From NCBI GenBank assembly GCA_009103225.1, contig RHPI01003330.1, positions 318,472-382,471 of the forward strand: a stretch of 64,000 nucleotides of DNA. Reading direction: 5' to 3'. Below are positions 38,762 through 51,330 of the stretch, one piece after another. A program made the translations under genes and the position numbers. Under the pieces are notes generated by a model. It had not been told where the DNA came from, made no database searches, and was given only the letters and a program-made list of their open reading frames with translations. Source of the DNA: Chlorokybus atmophyticus. Its lineage: Eukaryota > Plantae > Mesostigma and Chlorokybus algae. Numbering within the stretch: the first letter of the stretch is position 1; each line of letters opens with the position of its first letter.

Positions 38762-39716
38762 TGCATGCAGATCTACACTACAGATCTAGCCAATCTGGAG
38801 TATAGTCAATCAATGATTGTTACATAACATATGCACCACGCCATTGCCTTCTACCACACCCACCAGACCACCACTGCCGCCGCCGCTGCCACGCTGGCAC
38901 CAGTGTCTTTATGGTACTCGTAAGCCGTACATTCCGTTCTCGACTGCCCAGCCGCGGTACGTGCTGCAAATTTGTGCTGTGAAGACAGCGGCTGGGCAGC
39001 CCAACAAGTCACTTTTTGGTGGCAAAAGTTGTTCTTGAGCTTGACTTTGGCCGCAGCGACGGCGGCGGCGGCGGCGGTGGCGGTGGTGGAGTGGTGCTTG
39101 GGTGAGGTGCTCGTTTGTAATTGTTGTGATGTTTGAGGTGTCTGCTGTATGTGCCTCTTCTTATGCTGCGCTTGGCAACGTAACTTCTTACTGCTTGGCT
39201 TTCTGCGTGGAAAGCGACTGCGCAGTAAGCAGTCTGTGAAAGCTGCTTCGCCCCTCTTGCTCCCTGAATTGCTGGCTGTTACTGTCTGAAAGTTGAGCTG
39301 CATGCGTCTGGTGATTACAAGCTCGGTGTTATTGACATGCATGTGTCCGACCTTAGTCAATTGCTCTTGGAAGCTCCTGTTTGGTACCTCATCAGAGAGC
39401 ACTCAAATCAGTGACGGTCAGAGCGTCAGAGGACTGTTGTGAAACAGTATCAACTTAGTCAATTGCCATCTGAGAGCAGGAAGCAAGATGGCTTACTCAT
39501 TCCTCAGTCACTCGAGTGTTCTTGTCCCTTGTTGAACGAAGCCTGATCGACTTCAGCTGCACACGCCTAACAGTCCATGAGAGGAGCATTTCCATGAAAA
39601 TTGGTCACATCGCCTTGATAACGTCATTGCATAAGTTGCTGGTTGAGTGCAACCTTGCATGCTTGCAATTGAGCTCAGTGTGTTTCCTCCGCACACAGCA
39701 CAACAAGCTGTGAGCG

Positions 39717-42700
39717 ATGCACCATGGCCACGGCGGTGGCGGCCGCCGCGGTGGTGAAGAGCAGAAACCTGGAGAGCTACCCAAGGGGGATCCGCGCAAG
39801 CACTTGACTCGTGCCAATAAGAAGTTCCGCATCCAAGTGTTGGGCTTTGCCGCTGTTGCCATACTTGACATCGGTTTCGCGCTGGTGAGTGTTTTGACGC
39901 ATGCTCATTGAATTGTATCAGGTTTGCTGCAAGCATTTGTCGGCTTCAGCTTGGACTCACCAGATGTATGGTTTAGTTCAACAGCAGCTCACTCAGTCTT
40001 GCTGCGACATGGATGCTGTTACATTGCACGCAGAAGGCATTGGCCAATGCTTGTCACATTCTGTTGATTGCATGTCATGACATGTGCACAGTTGTTAAGC
40101 AGACATGGCTGCTGTCATGATTGGTACAGTACCAGTACCAATTGCCAACTAACACAGCAACACTGTACAGACTCTTTACTTGCCAACTAACACAGCAACA
40201 CTGTACAGATTCTTTACTTTGCGCTGCACAATTGGGACATTCTGTACGGGCCGTGGCGCATATCTGAGGTCTGGACGGCGTTGACTGCGTTTAGGACAGA
40301 CTCGTTAGACCTTGTTTGTTTAGCCATTTTGCGCGTGGCTAGTCTTGTTGCCATTGCGCACTTTGCACCGCGCGCGCAGCTGCCATTGCCCAAGAAGCTA
40401 GCAAATATCACAAGAGAGGACAGCAATGGTGTTGAGGAAGAGCCTCTGCTCCCTACCGACTCAGCTCCTAAGAGTGATGAGACCGCCGCTACCAAGCGCA
40501 AGCTCAGCGGGATGTCAAAAGACTTGTACCTGCTCGGTGCATTCCTGCTTTGCACTTGTTTCCAGCTGTACACGGGTGCGAAGTGCGTGCTGTTTCTGTT
40601 CCCGTCGGAGGCTTTGGAAGGCTCTTTGATGGGCGTAGCGGTGCTGTGGATCAACCTCGAGTCCATTTTCACCAACAGAATCGTAGACACTGCGCAGGTG
40701 CGTGTGGACTTCAGCTGCTGCTCATTTGCTGTGATCATATGGTCTATCCCAGAACTTGTGCCCGCATAAACATTGGCACTCTGTCATGCAGCTGGCAAGA
40801 AGGCTCCTTATCAAGGTGTCGTCGCTCCCGCCGCCAGATCGTGCAACACAAGAGGGACAGCTGCGAGGCGACAAGGTACTCTTGAGCTACCATGTCGGTG
40901 CAATGTGTTATGTGGCGCTTCGCAGCACCGCCGTCAGTGCTTACTGTTTGGCTGATGTTAGGGGGTACGCGATGAGGGTGAGGTTGATCAACGCAGCTAT
41001 CTGATGCGCGCTATTGCGCTGGCAAAGGATGAGTGGGTAAGCTTGCCTGCACTGCTTGCAAGCGACACATGGCAAATCTGTCTGTTCTGACCAGCTGGTT
41101 GTGACAATGACACTCACCAGGGATTGATGCTTCTTGGCTTTGTGTGCCTCGGCGCCACTGCTGGATCAAACCTTGTACTCCCCAAGTACCAGGGAGGGAT
41201 TCTTGACCGCGTGATTGCAAAGGACCCCGCTGGTGCGGCACTTGCTGGCTGCAGTGCAATGATTATTTGTTTGTGCTTCCATACACCCTGTGTTTGTATA
41301 CGGTTCAAACGCTTTTGCTTCCGTTGCAGGTTTCAAGCGTGATGTGGTGTTGCTGGTGATCTTCAGCCTCATAACTGGACTGTCTGGAGGTGTGCGCGGC
41401 CTTTGCTTCTCCATTGTTGGCAAGCGCATTCAGAAGACGCTGCAGAATAAATTGTTCCAAGGCATCATAATACAGGTAGTCAATGTGTACGCCGCGAACG
41501 CTTGCATCCAATACTTGCGGCATTGTGTTGATGGAATTGTTGCAGGACGTTGCGTACTTTGATGCAACTACCTCGGGCGAGCTAACGTCTAGATTAACAA
41601 ATGACGTTAGCGCGATGGCAGAGCCGTGCAACTGGATGCTCAGTGCCATTGTTCGCAACTTTCTCGTATTCGTGGGCGGCTTCATCATGTGCTTCCTCAC
41701 CAGCTGGAAGCTGTTTATGTTAGCCTTTACCACCATGGCGCCTGTCATGCACATCACCACTGTGTACTCTAGGTGGAGCCGCAATCTAAACAGGTCGATG
41801 ACATGCATTCATGTTGGTTTTATGCCACGGTGTATCAGTATCTTTGCTGCTTACATATTAATTGTCCGGGCAGGGCTCGCTATGCGATGCTTGCGGATGC
41901 CAACTCAGTGGCGGTAAGTGCCTGTTATTGTAATGCATTGCGTGTTACTCCATGCCACTCCTTGTCCGGCTGATTTTGTTTAATTTTCAGTCAGAAGCGC
42001 TCGGAAACATACGCACAGTGCGTGCTTTTTCCACCGAGCCGGAAGAGATCAAGAAGTTTGAGCAGAAGACACTAGATGCTCTCAAGACAGGAATCAAGGA
42101 TGCCTTGGGATACTCTGGAGCAGTTGCCATCAACAACTGGCTGGACCTTGGTGCAAGCGTCATCATTCTCTGGTACTCTGTCAATGACTCGCTGTCAAGC
42201 AGACAAAAGCAACCGTAGAGAAGGACGCTTTGTAAATATGCAACACCACTGGTAAGAAGTGGTTCCTTACCGCAGATTGCTTTTGTCACAGGTACGGAGG
42301 GATGTTGGTGATGGATGGGCGGCTCACCATTGGCCGGCTCATTACCTTCCAGCTGTAAGTTTATGCAAGAGTTTTGCTCTGCGTTTGCTGGTGTGTGTGC
42401 TGAGTGCTTAACCAGTCATAACATGCAGGTACTGGGGTATGATCCAAAACTCTTACCAGTCCTTCATGAGTGTGCTGACCTCCCTCACCCGCGCTGCTGG
42501 TGCTGCACAGCGCGTGTTGTCTTTGGTAGATGCTCTGCCAGACATTGATCCCTTTAGTGGCACAAAGGTGCAAGCAGCACTTGGCCTCAAGTTTTGTTAG
42601 ATTCCAGCTTGCCTGTCGCCTGATGTCTGCTTTGGCTGCTACAGGCGTCAGCTGTGAAGGGTGATTTGCAGATGGACAATGTGCGCTTCGTGTATCAGAT

Positions 42701-44062
42701 GCGTCCGAACCAGCCTGTTCTTCAGGGAATCACCCTGCATGTACGGATGACACCGTTCTCGGTTGACATGTTTGCAGCGAATCGCGTGCTAATTGCTCGC
42801 AGAGCTAATGATAGCGATTGTTTATTATAAGCAGGTGGCTCCAGGGCAGGTTTGCGCACTAGTTGGCAGGAGCGGTGGAGGCAAAAGTACCATGGTGCAT
42901 CTGTTCATGAGGTTGGTCGTCAACATACCAGCACTGCATGCTGATTTGCTGGTTTATACTTTGCTTTCAGCACTGGCTAGCTTTATGATAATCCAACCTT
43001 GAAAACCAGGTTTTATGACCCGACCAGCGGTGTGGTCAGACTGGATGGCGCTGACCTCAGGTCGTTGAACCTCCGGTCGTGTCATCAGCATATGGGGCTT
43101 GTTGCGCAGGAAACACAGATGTTTGCCACAACCGTTGAAGGTAATTACATGTGCGTGCTGTTGGAACGCGGTCCCGGTTGGCAAGGGCATCGGTGTCACA
43201 CTGTTTGTGTGTCCAGGCAACATTGCGTATGGGGTCGCGGAGTACACACAAGAAGAATTGCTGGAGGCCTCCCGGCTTGCCAACGCGCATGACTTCATCT
43301 CAAAGTTTTCCGATGGCTACAAGACAAGGTGATTGCATGGCTACAAGTGCAACACTGGCTGCTGAACATTGCATTGCTCATCTGCTGAGACTAAAGAGAC
43401 CGTCTACCTGAAACAGGGTTGGGGAGCGTGGCGTGCGGCTGTCAGGCGGTACAGGCTGTACTGTGCTTAGCAACAGTAACTTGAGGGTTCCAATGCAACA
43501 GCAATTGCATACTAACGGGCACTGGTGTTGCAGGACAGCGCCAGCGGATTGCAATTGCACGCATGCTGCTTAGAAAGCCCAAGGTGTTGCTGCTGGATGA
43601 GGCGACGAGCTCGCTGGACACCGAAAGTGAGGCTCTTGTACAGAAGGCCATTGACAACCTCATAACGCAAGGTACAACAAGCATTGCCGCACTGATGCGG
43701 ACACTTGTTAACAACTATAGGCTGTCGTTGGTATCTGCACAATGACGTCATACCTGTCTACATTATACGCAATTGTCCCTGGCTTTCAAAAACCGGCCCG
43801 TATTGTTTCAACAGGCAACAGGACTGTGGTGTTGGTTGCGCATCGCCTCAGCACAGTGCGCAACGCTGACAGCATTGCAGTCATTGAAAATGGAGTGATT
43901 GCGGAACAAGGGACGCATGATCAGCTGTTGGCGAAAGAAGGTGTCTACACCAGATTAGTGCGGCGGCAGCTTGCAAAGCAGCAGCAGCAACTACAGGAGG
44001 ACATCGATGAGCTCGGCACCGATGCCAATGGCATCAACGGAGCAGAACACTCACAGACATAA
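39717..44062 (+). CDS. ABCB half-size transporter (TAP/TAPL/ABCB9-like) with N-terminal extra membrane domain
   Basis: [29 protein letters not shown], Walker [14 protein letters not shown]-loop LVAQE, signature [13 protein letters not shown], Walker [20 protein letters not shown]. Confidence 0.95.
40142..40217 (+). repeat. 38-bp tandem duplication spanning an intron branch-point/acceptor region
   Basis: ttgccaactaacacagcaacactgtacaga(c/t)tctttac at 40142-40179 and 40180-40217. Confidence 0.9.
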
Positions 44063-45143
44063 CAATGCTTGCATTGCCGTGGGTTGCTGCTGGACGGCAT
44101 GCCAGTCACAGTGCACGCGCCAATAATTGACTGATTTGCAAATAGCAGGTAAGTGTGGCCAGGCGCCAGGCATTTTTACATTGCATTTGTGTAGTGGTAG
44201 GGTTTCCCACCGATGCAGTTGCTGTAGCTGATAGTTGCCAGTGCTGGTGTTGGTTTAGCGCAGGCCTGAGATTGTGTAGTTACTAGAGATGACACAGCCG
44301 ACCTCAGCCCATTATTGTCACACCATTATTTGGGGGCCAAGCATGGTCCGTGACATAACAGAGTTTTTGATAGGAAAGGGATAGAGGAGCCAGGCAACAA
44401 GTGTGAGGGTCACTCCAGTGTTGTCCATCACATCTCTGCACAAGCAAACTCGCAACAGCTATGTAACAAAGGCCACGCAGCAGGCTGGTGAAGCCAGCGA
44501 TATCTAGCATTTCTAAACCAACACCACATGAGAGCACGCAAAATGTTCTTCACCAGTTTACAGGATATTTACCGCGCTGATGTGCACACGCAACACCGTG
44601 CATGATAGTGCCCAAGAGATGCAAAGTACAACTCGTACACGCAAATCTATGTGAACACGCCATGCCACAACCACAACACAACCACTTACCCAATTGACAA
44701 CCGGGCCAAGGTATGCACTTGCCCGTTATCACTCACTACCCCTATCACTATCGTCTGCATATGCGGCGAGCATGATGACTTGCTGACGTGCAGCAATGAA
44801 ATTGCTTTACATCTCGTGTGCAGCCTGTCAGCTATCAACCCTTGCATGTCATCAACCTTTGCATGTCAGCTCTCCCCCCCCACCCCACCCCCCACCCCCC
44901 CTCGACAACTTACATCGTGTCACATCTGCGGTGTCAATCAGTCCACGCCACCTCTACTACTGCTTGCACTTAAATAAATCAGGCCCCCAGCCGACCCGTG
45001 TAAATAGTTGTATAAACTTTCTTACCTGCTTGCTGGCCTGGTTTTGGTGTGCGGATGCATCCACATGGTTGTGCATGTGGAGAGCTTACTAGTTGAATGC
45101 AGCGTTCCAAGCTTACAACTATACAACATAGCTCTGCTTTGTT

Positions 45144-48100
45144 TCAAATAGCAAGGGATCCGCCATATAACCTGTGCACGCATATCTGAGCAGCCTGCAA
45201 CACCTTGTCGTATATAGGTTGCCAAACTGCATGCTTGAAAGCAAAACGGCGCATGAATCGTATGACGCGCTGTGTCTCTTCCAGATTTGTCTGCACAAGC
45301 TCCACCAAATATTGCGCGGTGATCTCACCAACGGCCCCCATGCGTTCCTCTGCATCCAGCAACGAGCTACCTGTCAACTCCTGCATGGAACGTGCAAGAA
45401 CAGTGCGCACTCCGTCAATGTCTTCAGAAGCAAACATTGTCCTGCCTTCGCACAACTTCTGTTCTGGGCACATCTTAATTGGCGCAGCCTCCAGCCTCGA
45501 AGTGGAGGGCTTCAACTGAGGGTCGGTGCTGGCGCCAAGGGAAGCTGCCAAATCAGCGCGTACCTCAGCGGGTAATTGCGCCCATACTGCTTTGTCCACC
45601 TGCATCGGCAACTTGTCAACTCCGTGACACGCAGCCAGCCAAGCAATTCGTCAATTTGCGCATTGATAACGTTTCAAGTATGCTAGACAAACCTGGCTAA
45701 TTGATGTGGGCAGTGCAGGTTTCCTATCCAGAGTTGCTGCTGGCTGTTGCGGCGCAGCCAATGCTTTCTGGTTTGGTCCATGCGGTGCTGCAACATCCTT
45801 CACTGGAGCTTTTGCATGCTGTGCAAGTGGCGCACGATCTGTTGCCACAGGACTTGGGACGACCTGGCGATTGCCTCTTTGAGCTGGGGATCGGCCTGGA
45901 GGCGCTTTGTTGGAGCTACCACGTCTGCACACCAAGTTCAAGTTGAACCTTAAGGCACAACGCATACACTCAGCTGGATGACCTGATTCGAGACCAGCAG
46001 AGTACCTGCCTCGACGGCTGCTACTTGCACGTGTGGCGCGTGCACTGTGTTGTCCTCCAGACTGCTGCTGCTGCTGCTGCTCATAGGCGCGTTCAATCTC
46101 CCTTCTCATGACCAGCGGTAAAGCATCTAGCACTGATGGATCCAGCTGAGATGATGGCGGCAGCTGTTCTATGCTTGGAGATGTTCCATGTCCAGTTTGC
46201 GAAGGGAATGGTGACAATGGAGGTGAAACTGGCTGTGGCTCAACTGGTTTTTGTGATTCAACTTGCACTGGAGGCAAGGGCTTGGGACTGTTGTGACAAG
46301 GGAGTGCAGCTACATACTCACTCCTGATGTGATCCGGAAGTGCCGCCCACACCGAAGGATCCACATGCGGTGGAGCCGACAGCGCCCTGCCATTACCGAT
46401 ACTGCTGGGTTCTTGTTCAGAGGGTGCAGGAACTTCGCGTTGACGATGATACTCTGACTTCAGCTCATCAAGAACGTCCGGTGGTAACTCTGCCATAACT
46501 GAAGGGTCTAGCTCCGAGATGGGTGGAAGCATTTGCATGCTTGCAGACGGCGCAGGCTGCATGGTTGCTGCGGATGTGCTTGCCCCGAACAATTGTCGAG
46601 CTGAAGCCGGCCTGGGCTGGGGAATAGTCTGAATTTGCACTTCCCCAGGTGTAGCGTCGATTAGAAGTGCCTTGCCGCGCTCTTTCCGCAACATGGCAGC
46701 ACAGCCTTCATGGTGTGTAAGGATTAATCCCGCACCACTGCCGTCAAGCTCTGTAGCATCATCTGCAGCAGGTGCTGCACGTTCTTTATCCAAGTTATCA
46801 TCCAACGCATCAACTTCTTGCGCGGGGGGAGGTGTGCGATGATTGGGATTAACGTCTACAACCACTTCTCGCTCGGGTTCTGCGGCCTCAGCAGCACTGT
46901 CATCATCACTGTCACCCAGGCCCTCATCCACCTTCAGCTCAGCAGAAGGCACAAGTTGCATGCCGCTCATCCAGCTGGGTACTGTTTGGTCCCAGACTGA
47001 GGGCTTCGGTGCTCCCAAGCGGCCACGCGTAACAGATGAAGAGGGTTTTGCAACTGATGATGACGTGTCATTGCTGAGACGGGTCATCTGGAGTCCAACA
47101 CCGCGAAGCTCACTGGGAGGGATTTTGAGGAAGCTGTACAGCTGTGTATCAACAAGGTCAGGGATAGAGCTGCGACAACAGCCACTCGACAACTCCGCTG
47201 CAAACTGCAGCAGTACAGCGCACCTGCTTGGCTTCCTGCCCAACAATGGCTGGGTCATCTGTAAATGAAGCCAAAGTCACTGATCTACTAAAGCTGTCGC
47301 ATATACCGCAGCCCATAAACTTTGCAGGCTCCGGAGCTCCTAACTTCTTGCGTTTAACTTTCAGAGTGATTGTCCTGGACTTCACGCCAGCCTCCCGCAA
47401 TCGCGAGCACACCTAAGAGGTATACGCAGGGTATATACAATTCATCCACATGTGCTATGTACCCAGCTCCAGGACAAGTAACTCCTGATCCCTGCCTACC
47501 TCCTTCGCAATGTCCTCAATGAACTTCGATACTTCGTCATCTCGAGTAAAGCGTACACCCCAATTAACATCTGCACCGATAGACTTTCGTTGCTGCTCAG
47601 CCTGCCAACAAGATAACAATCTGTCCACTTGCGGGCAGTCAGCAATAATGTGTGCTGACCGGTCTGACGGAATCAACATACCTTCAGCTCCCTGTTGTCG
47701 ACACCACGTGCATACTGGTACAGCATCACACCAGTTTTGTCACCAAGCTCCCGCTGCAGATGCGCTTTGGACTGAGCCAGGACATGCTTGCACTGCGTAA
47801 TACCCATAACTTCAAGTCTTTCGCGCAATGACCAACCAATACCGGGCAGCTCCCTTACTGGCAAATCTCCCATGTACTGCTCAACTTCATCCATAGTGAG
47901 GTGGTACTGACCATTTGGCTTGGCGCGTTTTGTGGCCAACCTGGCTAGAAGCATGTTATGCGAAATACCGGCACTGGCAGTTAGGCCACCAGTGGCTTCT
48001 TGAATCTGAGTTCTAATTTTTGCTGCTAACTGCGAGGGATCACCAAGCCCGCTTATGTCCAGAAACGCTTCATCACAGCTAAGGGCCTGCACAGACCCGC

Positions 48101-50506
48101 AGTACAAACGTGGGTATTGGTCACTAGTCACAGGTGAGTCTGTGTCTCCAACCATACCTGCACATGCAGCGTGTGGGACAGTAGAACACGGTACATAGCT
48201 TCAGAAGCCTCCGCATACTTGTCAAACTCGTAAGGCATGACCACTAGCTCTGGGCACATGGACTTGGCAGAGCTGCAAGGCAAGAAGCATAACCACCACA
48301 ATTATTGCAAGTACAGCAAGCGAATCCGGATGGCAAGGAGCAAAATTTGAAAACGATATGCTGGCATGCGTCGTACCTCATAAACATGCCAGCTTTGATG
48401 CCAAACTTGCGCGCTTCATAATTGGCGGAGGAAATCTCAGCTGAACCACTGAAGTTACTGTGGCAAATTGCGACGCATTTTCCTGTAAGCTCAGAATAAT
48501 CCCGCATCGCTATGGAAGCAAAGAAAGAGTCCATGTCTATGTGCATTATGCACCGTGGCGCATTGTTGCTTGGTGTGGACCCTGCATGCATGCCTGCCAT
48601 GGCAGCGCTGAGAGCCTGCCACACATGATCACTCAGCCGTTGAGCCAGTCAAGCATGCCGACTTCAGCTTGCCCACAGTGACTGCCCGAATGCATGTTAT
48701 TGAATAGACAAACCAGCCAATGTAACTGTAAAGCACCTGGAAACGTGCTTTCCAGGTCCCGATGAAATGAAGCCGTGAGGCCTTATGAAAGTTTTCAACG
48801 AAGTTTGGGTCGTCCTTTGATGTCTTTGGGTTGCCTTTGAGCAGTGCACAAGCAGCGCGAGCGTCTGCAGCAACTTGCTGGGCAGACTTGACAGGCATAG
48901 TGGGTCGCAACACATTGCTTGCTTGATGAGGAAGAGGATGAGGTCCTGAGCCAGGGTGCCTCATGCTTGTAGCAGGCGCATGCGCATCATTGGTCACACT
49001 GCTGCGCATCTCCTGTTCTTGTTGTTGTGCGCTAATAGCAGTACCAACTTGATCACATGATGGCACATCTTGAAGAGCCACAGTGCGTGCTTCAGAGCTA
49101 GCATTGTAAGCGGCATTGGCTGTGGGCAACACAGCTCGCAGCATGCGTTGTCCCGGGAATTGCAGCTGCAGGCGCTCCAGCTGGTAGTCCGACACTGCCA
49201 AGCCAGACAGGAGTCAGACCTGAGCAACACCACAAGTCAGTGCTGCAGCTCACTACCTGGCAGCAATCTCCCAGCTTGAAGAGAATCAGTCACCCATTCT
49301 GGCCGCACAATCGGAGGCGGGTGACCTTTGCTGAAGCAAACAACGCATGAGCAAACTTCATATCATTATCTAAGCACCAGCAGCCACACACCTGAACTCC
49401 CGTATCTTAGCGTCCGGCAGGTTGGAACAGATAATGTGTGTCACAAGAGCTCTTGTGTAGTAGTTCTCAAAGTTGCCACCATGCTGGGCCATCAACTCCC
49501 GCAACTCCTACGCGAGCCATGCATGTTAAGTAGGCACCCGCAAATGTGCTGGGTACAACACGTATAACCTAGAAACCCAGCATCCCAGCTGGAATGCATG
49601 CGAGCTGTTAAAGAAGGCTGGTTCTGCCTATGTATGCTGTGTGTCAATGGAGGCTGTTATGTGGGGCGATCTGGCATGGTGGCCGTGAACTGAATGCTGC
49701 AAACAAGGAGAATGCATTGCTGACAGAGAGTGCAATGCCTTCTCTGTGTTTGTAACGCACCGAGTGCGAGGGTTTGGTGAAGCCATTAACATGAATGGAA
49801 ACACCACTGAACAAGTTGCTTCTGTGCACTGCTTTGTCACTCTGCAGGCTGTTACGCAAGCAGAGGTCAGTATGTTGAACACAGTTCAACAAAGCTTTGC
49901 ACAGCTATTGAACAATACCCAATATCCGCTTGCCATGCTGCTTGTTCCTCATATTGTTCGCGTATCTTTCTGACCTTGTTGGCCATATACCTGCCAACGA
50001 ATTGTGAATACCTCTAGCATCATGCATGCGAACAAGCTGACCTTTGGCTACCAATTTGAAACACACGAGAGGCGCCATGTTGAAACGACCGTGTTCATGT
50101 GCAACAGCGGTGGTAAACGACACAACTAACACAGCGCGGGGACGTGCATGTGAGATCATATGACTAATCATATGAGTGCTGTAGGCAATCTGAGCTGCTT
50201 ACATGCATGTACATGCAAGCTGCCCAGAACGCAAGCTTCTCAAGAACATGTGCGCATGTATACAAGAAGTAACAAATGGAGGACAACTGCATACAATAGC
50301 AAGGTGTTGAGCATGTTGATCTAGTATACAACGTACATGCCAAAGTCGTTGCTGTGGCCATCCTCGACCCGTCGTTCCCGCGTCGGTGGCGGGCGCTTGG
50401 CACTGCGGGGGGCAGGGATCCACCCGGGGCTTTTTTGCGGTGTCTTCCCCGAGGCCTTGTTCTTCGCCTCGCCTTCTTCACTGCTCCCTTCACTATCAGC
50501 CCCCAT
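45144..50506 (-). CDS. REV1: Y-family translesion polymerase REV1
   Basis: YMANKVRKI, BRCT (LFSGVSIHVNGFTKPS; THIICSNLP), FHKASRLHFIGTWK, HIDMDSFFASI, EISSANYEARKFGIKAGM, ALSCDEAFLD, RKSIGADVNWGVRF, GCGICD, UBM repeats and a C-terminal helical domain. Confidence 0.97.
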
Positions 50507-51330
50507 GGCAGCTCAGCAAGCACCAGCATCACTCGTCGCTCCAAGAACGCACAAGAAAGCTCCAAACTCAAGCTCTCAGCCACGCCCTGTACTGCCCGAC
50601 TTCCGGGACAAAGACACTGCCGCCACCGGCGCCTCCGCCACCAACTCCACGGCCCTCACCCTGGCTTCACATCAGGGTTTTACGTGCGTGCAGTGCACGC
50701 ACGCGATTTGACGTTCTGCTGAGTCAACATTCCAAGCAAATAGAGTGCATTGCCAAGTCCGTAGTGCCGCGGCTCGGTACGTACGCTGAGTGGGCAACGC
50801 TGCTGCATGTCGGCTGCACCTGTGTGACTTGCTGGCGGGCAGAGCGGCGGCGGGGGCGGCCGTGGCGTCGGGGGTCTTCACAAGGTGCGGGATAGTAGCC
50901 AGGTGTTCCTGACGCTTGGGAGTGGGTGGTAAGTCAAGCTGCACCCTCCGGCTGTTGGTCACACATTTCCATTTGCGGTTTCTGGCTGCGTTGGTCGGTT
51001 CTTGCTGGTGGTCATCAGCAGGTATGTGGCTCAACGGGTCCCTCCCCAAGCTGTTTGCAAGCATCTTCTGTCGCTCAGTCCACAAAGCACGTGTGCTGGA
51101 GCCTGTGATAGCACCTCGTTGTGCTGGAGGCTGTCAAGGTCTGAGCTGCTGTATATGGGGGTCAGTAGTCTGCTGGTCACGAGCAAGCAAGGAGACTTGT
51201 GCTTGTTTAGATTCCTCCAAAAGCACTGGAACGCACTGGTCTAAGAGCGTGCATGCTGCAGGCTGACGCGACGGTTGCACAGCTGGGTTGACGGTTTGAA
51301 CCTGGCGGACATGCCTTTGCGTCCGCCAAC

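Noticed and set aside
50672-51085. 137-aa minus ORF between REV1 and NBS1 with WQC..N..CVHC resembling a RanBP2 finger
   Set aside because: One Cys ligand is missing, and the ORF overlaps the probable 5'UTRs and promoter of both genes.
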